A program made the translations under genes and the position numbers. A stretch of 64,000 nucleotides of DNA from Mytilus trossulus (taxonomy: Eukaryota): assembly GCF_036588685.1 (NCBI RefSeq), contig NC_086384.1:8680001-8744000 (forward strand). The letters run 5' to 3'. Under the pieces are notes generated by a model. It did no database searches. It was not told the DNA's origin and saw only the letters and a list, made by a program, of their open reading frames with translations. Positions 52,915 through 64,000 of this stretch are shown piece after piece (position 1 is the stretch's first letter; each line of letters starts with the position of its first letter).

Positions 52915-54580
52915 TTAGGCAATGATCTGAAATTAACTAGAAGTTGTTTACAGTATTTTAGAATCCACATAACAATGTTACACTTTTCTTAATATCAGTT
53001 TCACATACGATAACGGATATATTCCTGTTGTCGTTATTGCAATCCCGTACCCTTTTTATGAATATGACCTACCAAATTATACTTATTATCGGGTTTGTAA
53101 TAACATTAGAAACAAGACGGTGTCACGTGTGGAGCAGGATTTGCTCCCCTTTCGATCAGGAGCAACTGCAATCAACAGGTGTTTGGTGGGATGCAACTCA
53201 GTCATTTTTTTCTATGTTGTGCTTTGTGTACGGTTGCTTGTATGTTTATCTCTATCTTTCTTATTATTATTAGCCTAACGTTTTCCTTATCAGCCATGAC
53301 GTTGTGATAAATTTGCAACATATGAGTTTGAATATCCCTCGTGTGTCTTTTGCCGCTCTTTTATTGACTTATATCAATTTGAATTTTTTTCAGATGATTT
53401 AATTTCACCTACCTTAATCCTGAAACTATATTCCGTTGACTCTTTTAAAATAGAAAAATTTAATTTTAATAGGTCTGACATATGATAAAAATAGATGTAC
53501 ATAGTTGAATAACCACATCAATATCCAATATCATTTGAAATTAGCCGTCATTTATAAAAGATGGGCAGATTTTAATACATTTTTAAATTGTGTGTTAAGC
53601 ACAAACAACTAATATAGCACTGCTGTTTAATTTCAATCTGGTCGTAGGCAATATTAATAAAAAGGAAAAATGGGATGTTAGTCAATTTGAAAGCAAAAAA
53701 ATTAACAAACATTACCTTAAGACATTTAGAATGCAAGATTTTATCTTCCAAAAAATATGTAAATATCGAAACCATAAAATCTGTAAATCATGTATCGAAA
53801 AAATCGAAATTCTCAAAATTGTCAGTTAACATATGACATACGACGTAATTCAGCAATATATAAATCAGTTAATGTGGTATGATTGCCATTGAGACAACTA
53901 ACCATCAAAATTTCAAATGAATTGGATGTAAGCATTTATAGGTAACCGTACGGAATTCATCAATGAGGAAAAAAACAAAATATATGGTTGGCTATAAAAA
54001 GTACCGTAAAATATGAAACAAGTGAATTGACAAAACTAACCAAATTTTTACCAAAAACATTAACGGAAAACAAGCATGACCGACATAAATTGCCCTCAAC
54101 AGCAGAGCTAGCGTGGTGGAGGATACACGTTTTTCAATCCTCCTCTTACATGAGACAGTGGTGCAACGGTACAACATTATAACAACTATAAAAAGTCTGT
54201 TAATGTCTGTGTCACTTTGGTCTTTTGTGGATAGTTGTCTCATTGGCAATCATAACACATCTTCTTTTTATATCAATTAATCAGAAGAATTCAAGTAGAA
54301 ATGCCTTCAACAAAAAAGAGAGCGGTTGCTAACATTTGACTGAACTTTTTTTTTATCCCTATATGTTTTATATCCGATTTTGTTTTCATTTGTAAATATC
54401 CTCTCATGTATCAGTGAGAAGGATAGGTGGAAGTCTCGACAATGAAGTATCCTGGCATATGTTTCAGTACAAAGTCCGATACTGAAAAAGCAATTGCTTT
54501 AACGTTTGAAGCACCTAATTTCACTACGGGTTTAGTGAGAACCTTGATTCTTGCTACACATCACATGCTATATGCTATAT

Positions 54581-55794
54581 TGTAACGCCGCCTCCCTGGT
54601 GTTAGAGTCGGCCACCAGAGAACACAGGGTCACAAAGAAAAAGGGATTTAAAGGATCTATAAAGTGAAAGGTTCGACGTCCACTTTTAACCGTCGGACCA
54701 AACACGTTACAGAATGGGAAAACGTATACTTGTATTTATATATAGTTATGAAATAAAATATCTTAATAAATAAAGTTTCATATTTTATTAGTACGAAAAT
54801 AAATAATCTGCGTTGAAACCTGGGTCTTGCAGGCTCTGTCACTGGTCTGGTCGAGTTCCCGGTCTTACTTCGACATACAACACTAGTATATTTCTCAACA
54901 GTCAAGTCTCAAAGTTGTCACTTATTTGGACTATTTGTATAATCTCTCTATATAAAGTTTTTACTACCAAATTTCACCTTATACCACACCAACTTAATAT
55001 AATAAAAACATCGAAAATATTAATTAAGTACCGAGATTAACAATTCTAGCACCGTCAGCCACCACTTTAGTACCGTCACGGCAACCCTACTTAGCACTAG
55101 CACCGACAACCTTAGCACCGTCACCTGCAACCCGACTTGGAACCAGCACCGGCAACCTTAGCACCGTCACCGACAACCTGATTAAGCACCAGCAGCCACA
55201 ACCTTAGCACCGTCACCGGCACCCTTAATTAGCACCAGCACCGAGAACCTTAAATTAAAACAAAGGCAACGTTCAATAAGCTACATATTCCAGCTTTTAT
55301 TAAAGTTTGTTACTACCCATTCTTTGTCAACCCAACACTCCGTCGTTTCTGTTGTTGTTTTGGTATTTATACTTTCGACTGACCAATGACAGAGCTTGTT
55401 ACATATTGTTTACCAATCGGCAACCATGGATCATATTAGGGAAACTCCCGTAATGTTGATGCTGTTTGTAAACAATGATTGATCTTCATCAATAAAGATG
55501 GGTTTCGACTTTAAATTCATTAGTAGATCATTAGAACAGTTTGATTTGAGTTTATAGTATAATAAGGTAACTACCGCGAAAATACGGAATCAGTACGTGA
55601 ACTAAAACTTCTTAACAAACTAACATACACAAATCTGTCGTATCATGAAAACAACAGCCAAAATAACAAATGACAAGTCTTACACTAATTGTAACATTAG
55701 ACATTTCACTAACATCTATCGTTTATTCTCAATAATTTCAAGAAACTACACAGACATAGATTTACTATCAAATGCGGGGAATGTCGGCATTACA
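54581..55794 (-). repeat. 3' LTR (1214 bp)
   Basis: TGTAACGCCG...CGGCATTACA; adjacent purine tract (revcomp AAAGGTTGGGGCAA) at 55795-55808. Confidence 0.92.
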
Positions 55795-56384
55795 TTGCCC
55801 CAACCTTTAAGGAGAAGATTTAATTAAAGTACAACCAATTCATTATCATTATTTTTCTTAAGCTGACGAACATACAAAAAGAATTACACGAATAAAGTCA
55901 TTCATGTCAACAACCTACACTAAAAGAACTTTTGTACTTTGATTTCTGTCCACTTGTTTCAGGTTTAATTTTATTTCCTTCTGATATTTTGGCTTGCAAA
56001 CATTATAAAATCTTTCACTAGCAACCCTATTTAATCATTCTTTGCTCCATAAACACTGACCAGAAGTTAGGTCACTCATGTACCTATCTCTATTGAACAA
56101 ATCTGTCGTTTCTATCTATTTCCTAAATAATTATTACTTTCTTTTTCTCTTAGTTTCCTATACAGCCCTATTTTGTATTACATATATCTATTTCACTTTA
56201 TATTATACATTCTGGCTTGCAAATATTGTAAAGATATTTAAGCAAACTCGCTTTTACTGATCTTTACTCCAAAAACATCGACCAATAATCTGGTCACTCG
56301 TGTTTATCTCTATTGAGCAAATTTCTCTTTCTATCAATTTATTATTCTTTACTATTTATTCTTCCAGTTTTGACAACATTATTA

Positions 56385-57336
56385 AAATTTCCTGTTAGAA
56401 AAACTTTGAATTTTTCGAAAAACTAAGGATTTTCTTATCCCAGGCATAGATTACCTTAGCCGTATTTGGCACAACTTTTTGGAATTTTGGATCCTCAATG
56501 CTCTTCAACTTTATACTTGTTTGGCTTTATTAATATTTTGATTTGAGCGTCACTGATGAGTCTTATGTAGACGAAACGCGCGTCTGGCTTACTAAATTAT
56601 AATCCTGGTACCATTGATAACTATTTACACCACTGGGTCGATGCCACTGCTGGTGGACGTTTCGTCCCCGAGGGTATCATCAGTCTAGTAGTCAACACTT
56701 CGGTGTTGACAAGAAAATCTATAATGTGGTCATTTTTATAAATTTCCTGTTAGTAAAACTTTGAATTTTTCGAAAAACTAAGGATTTTCTTATCCCAGGC
56801 ATAGATAACCTTAGCCGTATTTGGCACAAATTTTTGGAATTTTGGATCCTCAATGCTCTTCAACTTTATACTTGTTTGGCTTTATTGATATTTTGATTTG
56901 AGCGTCACTGATGAGTCTTATGTAGACGAAACGCGCGTCTGGCGTACTAAATTATAATCCTGGTACCATTGATAACTATTTACACCACTGGGTCGATGCC
57001 ACTGCTGGTGGACGTTTCGTCCCCGAGGGTATCACCAGCCCAGTAGTCAACACTTCGGTGTTGACAAGAATATCAGTAATGTGGTCATTTTTATAAATTT
57101 CCTGTTAGTAAAACTTTGAATTTTTCGAAAAAACTAAGGATTTTCTTATCCCAGGCATAGATTACCTTAGCCGTATTTGGCACAACTTTTTGGAATTTTG
57201 GATCCTCAATGCTCTTCAACTTTATACTTGTTTGGCTTTATTAATATTTTGATTTGAGCGTCACTGATGAGTCTTATGTAGACGAAACGCGCGTCTGGCG
57301 TACTAAATTATAATCCTGGTACCTTTGATAACTATT
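56385..57336 (+). mobile_element. Retrozyme array (~2.7 units, 355-356 bp) nested in the LTR element
   Basis: Hammerheads at 56547-56590, 56902-56945 and 57258-57301. Confidence 0.92.
56902..56945 (+). ncRNA. Type I hammerhead ribozyme (representative; also 56547 and 57258)
   Basis: GCGUCA-CUGAUGA-GUCU(UAUGU)AGAC-GAAA-CGCGC-GUC^UGGCGU. Confidence 0.9.
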
Positions 57337-57767
57337 TGACATTGACTAGACTATTTCTCTCTTTTATACATGTACTAATATTCGGGGTTGCAAACATTGT
57401 AAAAATGCTTCTCTAGCAAGCCCGTTCTTGTCAAGCTTTGCTCCATAGACACTGACCAGAAATTAGGTCGAACCTGTGTCTATCTCTTTTGAGCAATCAA
57501 TTACACCTTTACTATCTGATCTGGGAAATATGACATGTACACGCAGCCTTTCTTTCGTAAGGTGCCTCGTTGTGTACCTCTCGTTATCTTCTGATCAAAT
57601 GTCTACTACATTCTTACTGCTCAAGTCTCAAGAATCATACCTTCAAGATATACATTTGACTGACCAAGCCAAAATATCTGCATATCAGTATTTAACTGAG
57701 ACATTCTTGTCGTGTATTGAGCTTTTATCATCTAGCTCAACTCTACATACTCTTCTATTATTATTTT

Positions 57768-58304
57768 TCACATTTTACTCATAATCCGAGTTTTGAGTCC
57801 AGATAAACTACTGGCCAAAAGTAAGGCCTTAGTTTTAGGGTCCCAATCATTTAGTTCAGCCAATAAATTAAATTGGGTCAAATACTCCTCCAAATCATCC
57901 GAGCCGTCATATATTTGTGGTTTTATTTTGCAAGAAATATCAGATTTTGACCGTCGGATATTTGGAATGTGACTGTTATTTTCATCAGTTCTGTCTTGCC
58001 GGGTTATGTGTTCCAGGCTACTTGCTGGAGTTTCTACTCCCCTTCCTAAAATTAGAGTGGACCTACTTTCCATAGCTTGCCCTTCAAATTTTGCAAACAA
58101 CTGATTCATTTCATTTGAAAAATCGGACAAACATTTGTCCATCCGAAGTTTCATTTCTGAACGTGCCTCTGCCAGCATTCTCTCTGTTGTTCTATGAATT
58201 TCAGAACTTTGTTTCTCTTATAAATTGTCATGCATAGTTGCATCAGCTTCATCACCAATCTCATGGAGATGTGGGCCAAAAGTAACGACGTTTGAATCAT
58301 CCAT
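57768..58304 (-). pseudogene. gag: Truncated gag (capsid N-terminal part)
   Basis: KPQIYDGSDDLEEYLTQFNLLAELNDWDPKTKALLLASSLSG gypsy-gag pattern; ATG at 58304 with an in-frame TAA after 28 codons; truncated afterwards. Confidence 0.8.
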
Positions 58305-58356
58305 TTTATATAATTAATTGGCTTAAAGTACAAACACTAACAGACTCTATAAATCA

Positions 58357-58374
58357 ATCCCATCGCTGTCACCA
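58357..58374 (-). promoter_or_regulatory. Primer binding site, tRNA-Leu-like (TGGTGACAGCGATGGGAT)
   Basis: 18 nt starting TGG, 3 nt from the LTR; resembles the complement of a tRNA-Leu 3' end. Confidence 0.8.
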
Positions 58375-58377
58375 AAT

Positions 58378-59645
58378 TGTAATGCCGCCTCCCTGGTGTT
58401 AGAGTCGGCCACCAGAGAACACAGGGTCACAAAGAAAAAGGGATTCAAAGGATCTATAAAGTGAAAGGTTCGACGTCCACTTTTAACCGTCGGACCAAAC
58501 ACGTTACAGAATGGGAAAACGTATACTTGTATTTATATATAGTTATGAAATAAAATATCTAAATAAATAAAGTTTCATATTTTATTAGTACGAAAATAAA
58601 TAATCTCCGTTGAGAGACTGGGTCTTGCAGGCTCTGTCACTGGTCTGGTCGAGTTCCCGGTAATGATTGGTCTTACTTCGGCATACAACACTAGTATATT
58701 TCTCAACAGTCAAGTCTCAAAGTTGTCACTTATTTGGACTATTTGTATAATCTCTCTATATAAAGATTTTACTACCATATTTCACCTTATACCACACCAA
58801 CTTGGTATAATAAAAACATCGAAAATATTAATTAAGTACCGAGACCAACAATTTTAGCACCGTCAGCCACCACTTTAGTACCGTCACGTCAACCCTACTT
58901 AGCACTAACACCGATAACCTTAGCACCGTCACCTGCAACCCGACTTGAAACCAGCACCGGCAACCTTAGCACCGTAACCGACAACCTGATTAAGCATCAG
59001 CACCCACAACCTTAGCACCGTCACCGGCACCCGTAGCACCAGCACCCACAACCTTAGCACCGTCACCGGCACCCTTAGCACCAGCACCGAGAACCTTAAA
59101 TTAAAACAAAGGCAACGTTCAATAAGCTACATATTCCAGCTTTTATTGAAGTTTGTCACTACCCATTCTTTGACAACCCAACACTCCGTCGTTTCTGTTG
59201 TTGTTTTGGTATTTATACTTTCGACTGACCAATGACAGAGCTTGTTACATATTGTTTACCAATCGGCAACCATGGATCATATTGGGGAAACTCCCGTAAT
59301 TTTGATACTGTTTGTAAACAATGATTGATCTTCATCAATAAAGATGGGTTTCGACTTTAAATTCATTAGTAGATCATTTGAACAGTTTGATTTGAGTTTA
59401 TAGTATAATAAGGTAACTACCGCGAAAATACGGAATCAGTACGTGAACTAAAACTTCTTAACAAACTAACATACACAAATCTGTCGTATCATGAAAACAA
59501 CAGCCAAAATAACAAATGACAAGTCTTACACTAATTGTAACATTAGACATTTCACTATCATCTATCGTTTATTCTCAATAATTTCAAGAAATTACACAGA
59601 CATAGATTAACTATAAAATGGGGGGGGGGGAATGTCGGCATTACA
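58378..59645 (-). repeat. 5' LTR (1268 bp)
   Basis: TGTAATGCCG...CGGCATTACA perfect 10-bp terminal inverted repeat. Confidence 0.92.
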
Positions 59646-62600
59646 TTATCTTAGGGAATATGTTTACTGTTGTCATCTTTGTATGTTTTGTTTTGCAGTT
59701 GTTTTTCTGTTCGACCAGAGAATAGAAAACTCACTATGGCCACCAAACGGGTCTGCAACACAACAAGAAAATCCCCTCACGGAGGCAGAGTTCAGCAGGT
59801 CGTTATAAAAAAAAAAGTGCAATAATTAAGATTTTTAATACACAGATAACAAAGGTCGTGATTCCTGAATAGGTGTAATTAGTGCAGTAATTTACGAGTT
59901 ACTTCTCTTTGTTGTCCTTTCAAACTCATATGTACTATTTTCATTTGTGAAACATGTGAACATATTTGAAATTAGTAATTACCTGCTAACTGAACATAAT
60001 TGATTGATTTTTACTACTGATATATGTTAAAATGTAAAAAAAAAATCATCTCTTCATTACCAAAAGCAGTTTTAAAAAAAGATGTTAGATATTTGTCGAT
60101 AAGGATGAATGATTAAAATATGGATAAAAGGAATACAGAGGGTGGGTCGGAGGTGATTAAAATAAATGCAAATGTCGGAATCCCTAAATTCGTTGAAAAG
60201 AATACCGGATCTCGAAAGGATTAATTCCAAAATTTCGAGCTTAAAAACAGCCAATCCCGGAATACAGATAAAGGCCCACTCACCCCCCCCCCCCTTTTCC
60301 CCCTTCAAAATACATAATGCAAACAAAAAAAAAGATATCAATATGAATTACATCTTATTCAAATTGAAGATTAGAACACATGTTAGAATACATGTGATTA
60401 AGTAGTTATATAAGTAATTAAAACTGTCAAGGACAAAATTGATATGCATTTTCGGAAGAAGTGGACAAGGATTTATCAGACATAGGCTTTTAAAAATAAT
60501 AAGTTACGGAGTGTGAAAAAATAACATATGAATTTGGTTGATTATCAGAGTAAGCGTTATATAAGGACCAAGTCGTTCAAACGAACGATATCAAGACTGA
60601 AAAATAGAAAAAATCATCTCAAAGTGTGTTTGTACAAGCCGATTAAAAAGCAAATCAAGGTTGCATTTGATCTATAATAACTCTTCGTTTTATCTATGCA
60701 TCATTTATGTGTCTTTTGTAGACAAAACACTTGTCTGACGTACTACATTATACACCTATTTTCTTTGAAAAGTTGTTTTTAGAACTACTTCTATATCGAA
60801 ATACTGAGGATTCATGTAATTCAATAGATACTAATCTTTGAAGATTGGAGACGAATTATTATTTGAGAATATTTGATTTCGTTTCCATCTATAATCAAAT
60901 ACAAGCCTATAAAAATTTGCATTTTATTCAAAATTTCAATTCGTAATTAACTTACATTCACGAATAATAATGGTAACACCGTTTTCAAAGATGAAATGGC
61001 AAATTCCAGCGCTTATTCTTATTACAGAACAACAGATAGAGTAACGAAGGAGCTAAACACAGTTTTGTTACCATAATTATTTTTCCTTTAAGGGCTTGAC
61101 TTTGTTAGTTTTATATCTGCGCTCAATACATGTTAAAAGACACAAAAAGTCACATATTTTTTTTATTGATGCTCTTTTGACTTCATATTAAAGAATTCAT
61201 TTTCAAATTTAGTTACAAAGTTTAGTACATCAAATTTGTATTGTTATACAAATAAGGAGTTTTTGAACGATTCTAACGATTGTAAATGAGACAAATGAAC
61301 TATTTCAAGATTTCTTCCGTTTTATATAAGCCTTGTTCCATAGAGGATTGATTTATCTACGTCAACATTTTTATTTTCTATTCATTCTATATGACACCAC
61401 TTTAAATGTGGTCCAATAAAAAAGACATTTCCCATTTATGGAAAAACACAGTTTTTTGTGTGTCTTTTAAGATTAAAGAGAGGCAAAAAATACAAGGGAC
61501 TCATTATTTGAAAATTAACAAACAACGCAATGGCTAAAAAAGAAAAGACAAACAAAAGTACACTAAACACAACATAGGAAACTAGAGACTATGACACCGA
61601 ACCCAAGCAAAAAATTAGGGTGATCTCATGTGCTCCAGAAGGGAAATCGGATCCTATTCCACGTATTGAAACCGTGTTATTACATTGTACGATTGTGCTA
61701 GATGAATAGATAAACAAATACACTACTTTGGCATGCAGAAATACCACTAAAGCAATCAGTTTCTTTTCATTGGTAGCATTGAGATGAGTGTTGTCCTATT
61801 GAGATTTTGTGATGTTTAGTTGCTGTCTCGTCAACGTATTATTCATATAGTATAACCATCTTCTTTAAACAAATACTAATGAGTAAACTCTTTTACACTA
61901 AAAGGTGTCGAAGTGGAAGTAAGCTTGCCGCCGGGGAAATGCATAGGAGGGAAAAGAGTAAATATGTTCAGTGTAATGATTCAGGATTTTTGTTGACTTT
62001 TAAAAAGATCATAAAAAAATCATCTGCAAAAACAAACTTCCATTTCATGATTTTACTTCTTTTAAGCATGTCTAGAGAAAATTTGAATAAAATATAATTT
62101 TCACAACCTCCATATTTTATGTTTTGCCTCCTTGGATATTCATAGCGCAGACAGCAACCAAATGTCTACCCCAGTATGAGGAATAGTACATCTCTGTTCT
62201 GGCATCTTTGTCTCGCTGACTATTGTCTCACATCACTTTGATATACGTATGATTTTCAAATTTTAACCGAAATAAAACATAAAGACTTATCACAAACAGT
62301 CTGAAGGTTTTGTTTTAATCATTTGAAATTCTTACAGTTTTTAAACATCTGGCCGTTTTTACACCACAAAATCTACCTTGAGTACAGACACACTTGTGCA
62401 CATAGAAAAGTTTGAAAGTTTGGCAGGACCTAGATATATAAAAATTATATATAATTTATATTTCAGCAAATCAAAAACGTACCTGATATTTGATGTGCTT
62501 TTTTCTAGTTTGTTAAAGATAGCAAAATAACAAATACATGAGTTTCATTTGAAACGGTTCACTCAGTTACACAGTTTTAATCATCACTGCAGATGTCTGT

Positions 62601-64000
62601 TGTCTATCTATTGTCCATTTAAATCAATACTACTCACAACATTATTTAAAGGGTAGCTTCTCAAAATTTCCCCCAACTTAAAATTGAGAAAGGAAATGAA
62701 AAATGTGTCAAAGCGACAACAACCCGACCATAAAGCAGACCACAGCCTTAGTTTATTTTGAACCTGATGCAGGAATAAAAAAAGGGAATAGCTAATTCCC
62801 GAAAAGATTATCAATTTCTGTAACATTGAAATGCATTTAAAATTTAATTATATAGGTCCTGTCATTTCTTAAAACTTCTCCAGATGCACAGGTTTGTCGG
62901 TATTCAGAGTTGAATTGGTGCTGTAAATACGTCCGTATAAACAATGGTTATGATGAACCTTAACTATTTTCCAGTAAGGATTCGTTAGTATACATATGAA
63001 GACGCTTTATAATAACTTTTGTGGGTTTTTTCATGTTTATACTTGTGTGAGTCTGAATAAACATGAATAAGAAGATATGACATAATGACCAATGGAAAAT
63101 ACCAATTCAGTTATTAATCAAAGAACAAAGAACAAAGATAACTTTTCAGCCTTTATCAAAATATTTGACTATAGACCTCACCGAACCATATACCTGATTA
63201 CTCAGAACATGCAGAAACAGATGCATAAAACATAAAGAAATAAACACGTATGGCACAGTTCCGATTGTCTCGATCTGACATCAATATATATCATTATCAT
63301 CTGCTTTATTGTTGATTCCTTTGTCGTAGAGTTTTGTGCAAAACTAGACTCGCATGTTGAAATTATGAAGAAACTAAGGTTTCAGCACCCTCAGACAAAG
63401 TTGACCTTAGATAAATTTGGCTTTTTGTTTTATGTATTTTTGTCATATAGCTCTTCAACTGTTTCTGTTCTTATACATTTTTAAAAAGCGATAAATTTTG
63501 ATAACTTACCATTTTCAGAAACCTGACCTGTTGTCTCATTGGCACTCACACCACATCTTCCTATATCTATCTACTGACCATGGCGAGGAATATTCATTTT
63601 TTTAAAAATTAATTTTTACCGTTCAATCAACACAAAAAACAGCAATGGCGTCATTAATTATATTAGATGTTTATCATTCATGCGAATTTTCGCGGACTTA
63701 AAACTTTTTATTAGACCACAAAAATTCCCGCAAAAGTTATTTTGCGAATAATTTGTAACGTCGGACACGCATATTTTTGACGTTTTGGTAATATTTGTAT
63801 CATTATTTGAAACTATTATGAAAAGTAAAAGAATATTTTTAATATTTTTGGAAACAGTAATACCTGCCTAATATATGGATATAAATTTCATAAAGCTGAA
63901 CTAATTATTTTTCATAGAAGTGCTATTTATCAAATTGCTTTGTCGCATTTCACGGCACTGACGCAATAACGTGCTTAACGTCCCAAGCTTTGTTCCATAG

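Larger units (their letters stand above)
54581..59645 (-). mobile_element. Non-autonomous (pol-less) Ty3/gypsy-like LTR retrotransposon
   Basis: Two highly similar ~1.2-kb direct repeats with TG...CA ends, PBS and PPT on the - strand, and a gag remnant; no clean TSD seen. Confidence 0.9.

Noticed and set aside
56385-57336. CRISPR-like or plain satellite interpretation of the tandem repeats
   Set aside because: No unique spacers and a eukaryotic context; the units contain hammerhead ribozymes, so they are retrozymes.
59700-64000. A second protein-coding gene in the 3' part of the window
   Set aside because: Only short low-complexity ORFs and repeat relics; no recognisable exon chain on either strand, though small exons could be missed.

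Overview
AT-rich eukaryotic genomic DNA, most likely a bivalve (Mytilus-like, inferred from the repeat families and ~355-bp hammerhead retrozymes). The window is dominated by one + strand gene (CDS ~8767-48825) that I assembled by hand into 30 GT-AG exons. Intron phases are consistent throughout and there is no internal stop (~1617 aa). It encodes a secreted mosaic protein: signal peptide, long charged propeptide, furin site RRKR, astacin Zn-metalloprotease (HELGHSIGLFHE, SLMHY), EGF-like, ApeC, ApeC, CUB, kringle, ShKT, Sushi, C-type lectin, ShKT, Sushi, RSRR, then an unassigned ~150-aa C-terminal domain. Most ORF-track entries are spurious or pieces of these exons. Introns and flanks carry tandem ~354-356 bp retrozyme arrays with type I hammerhead ribozymes, and each full unit also holds a hammerhead-like motif on the opposite strand. 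Other elements: a pol-less LTR retroelement with a nested retrozyme array, a decayed Academ-like transposon, foldback/MITE elements with internal satellites, a tRNA-derived SINE, a Helentron-type HINE and several unclassified dispersed repeats. Exon boundaries and domain calls come from reading the sequence, not from database searches.
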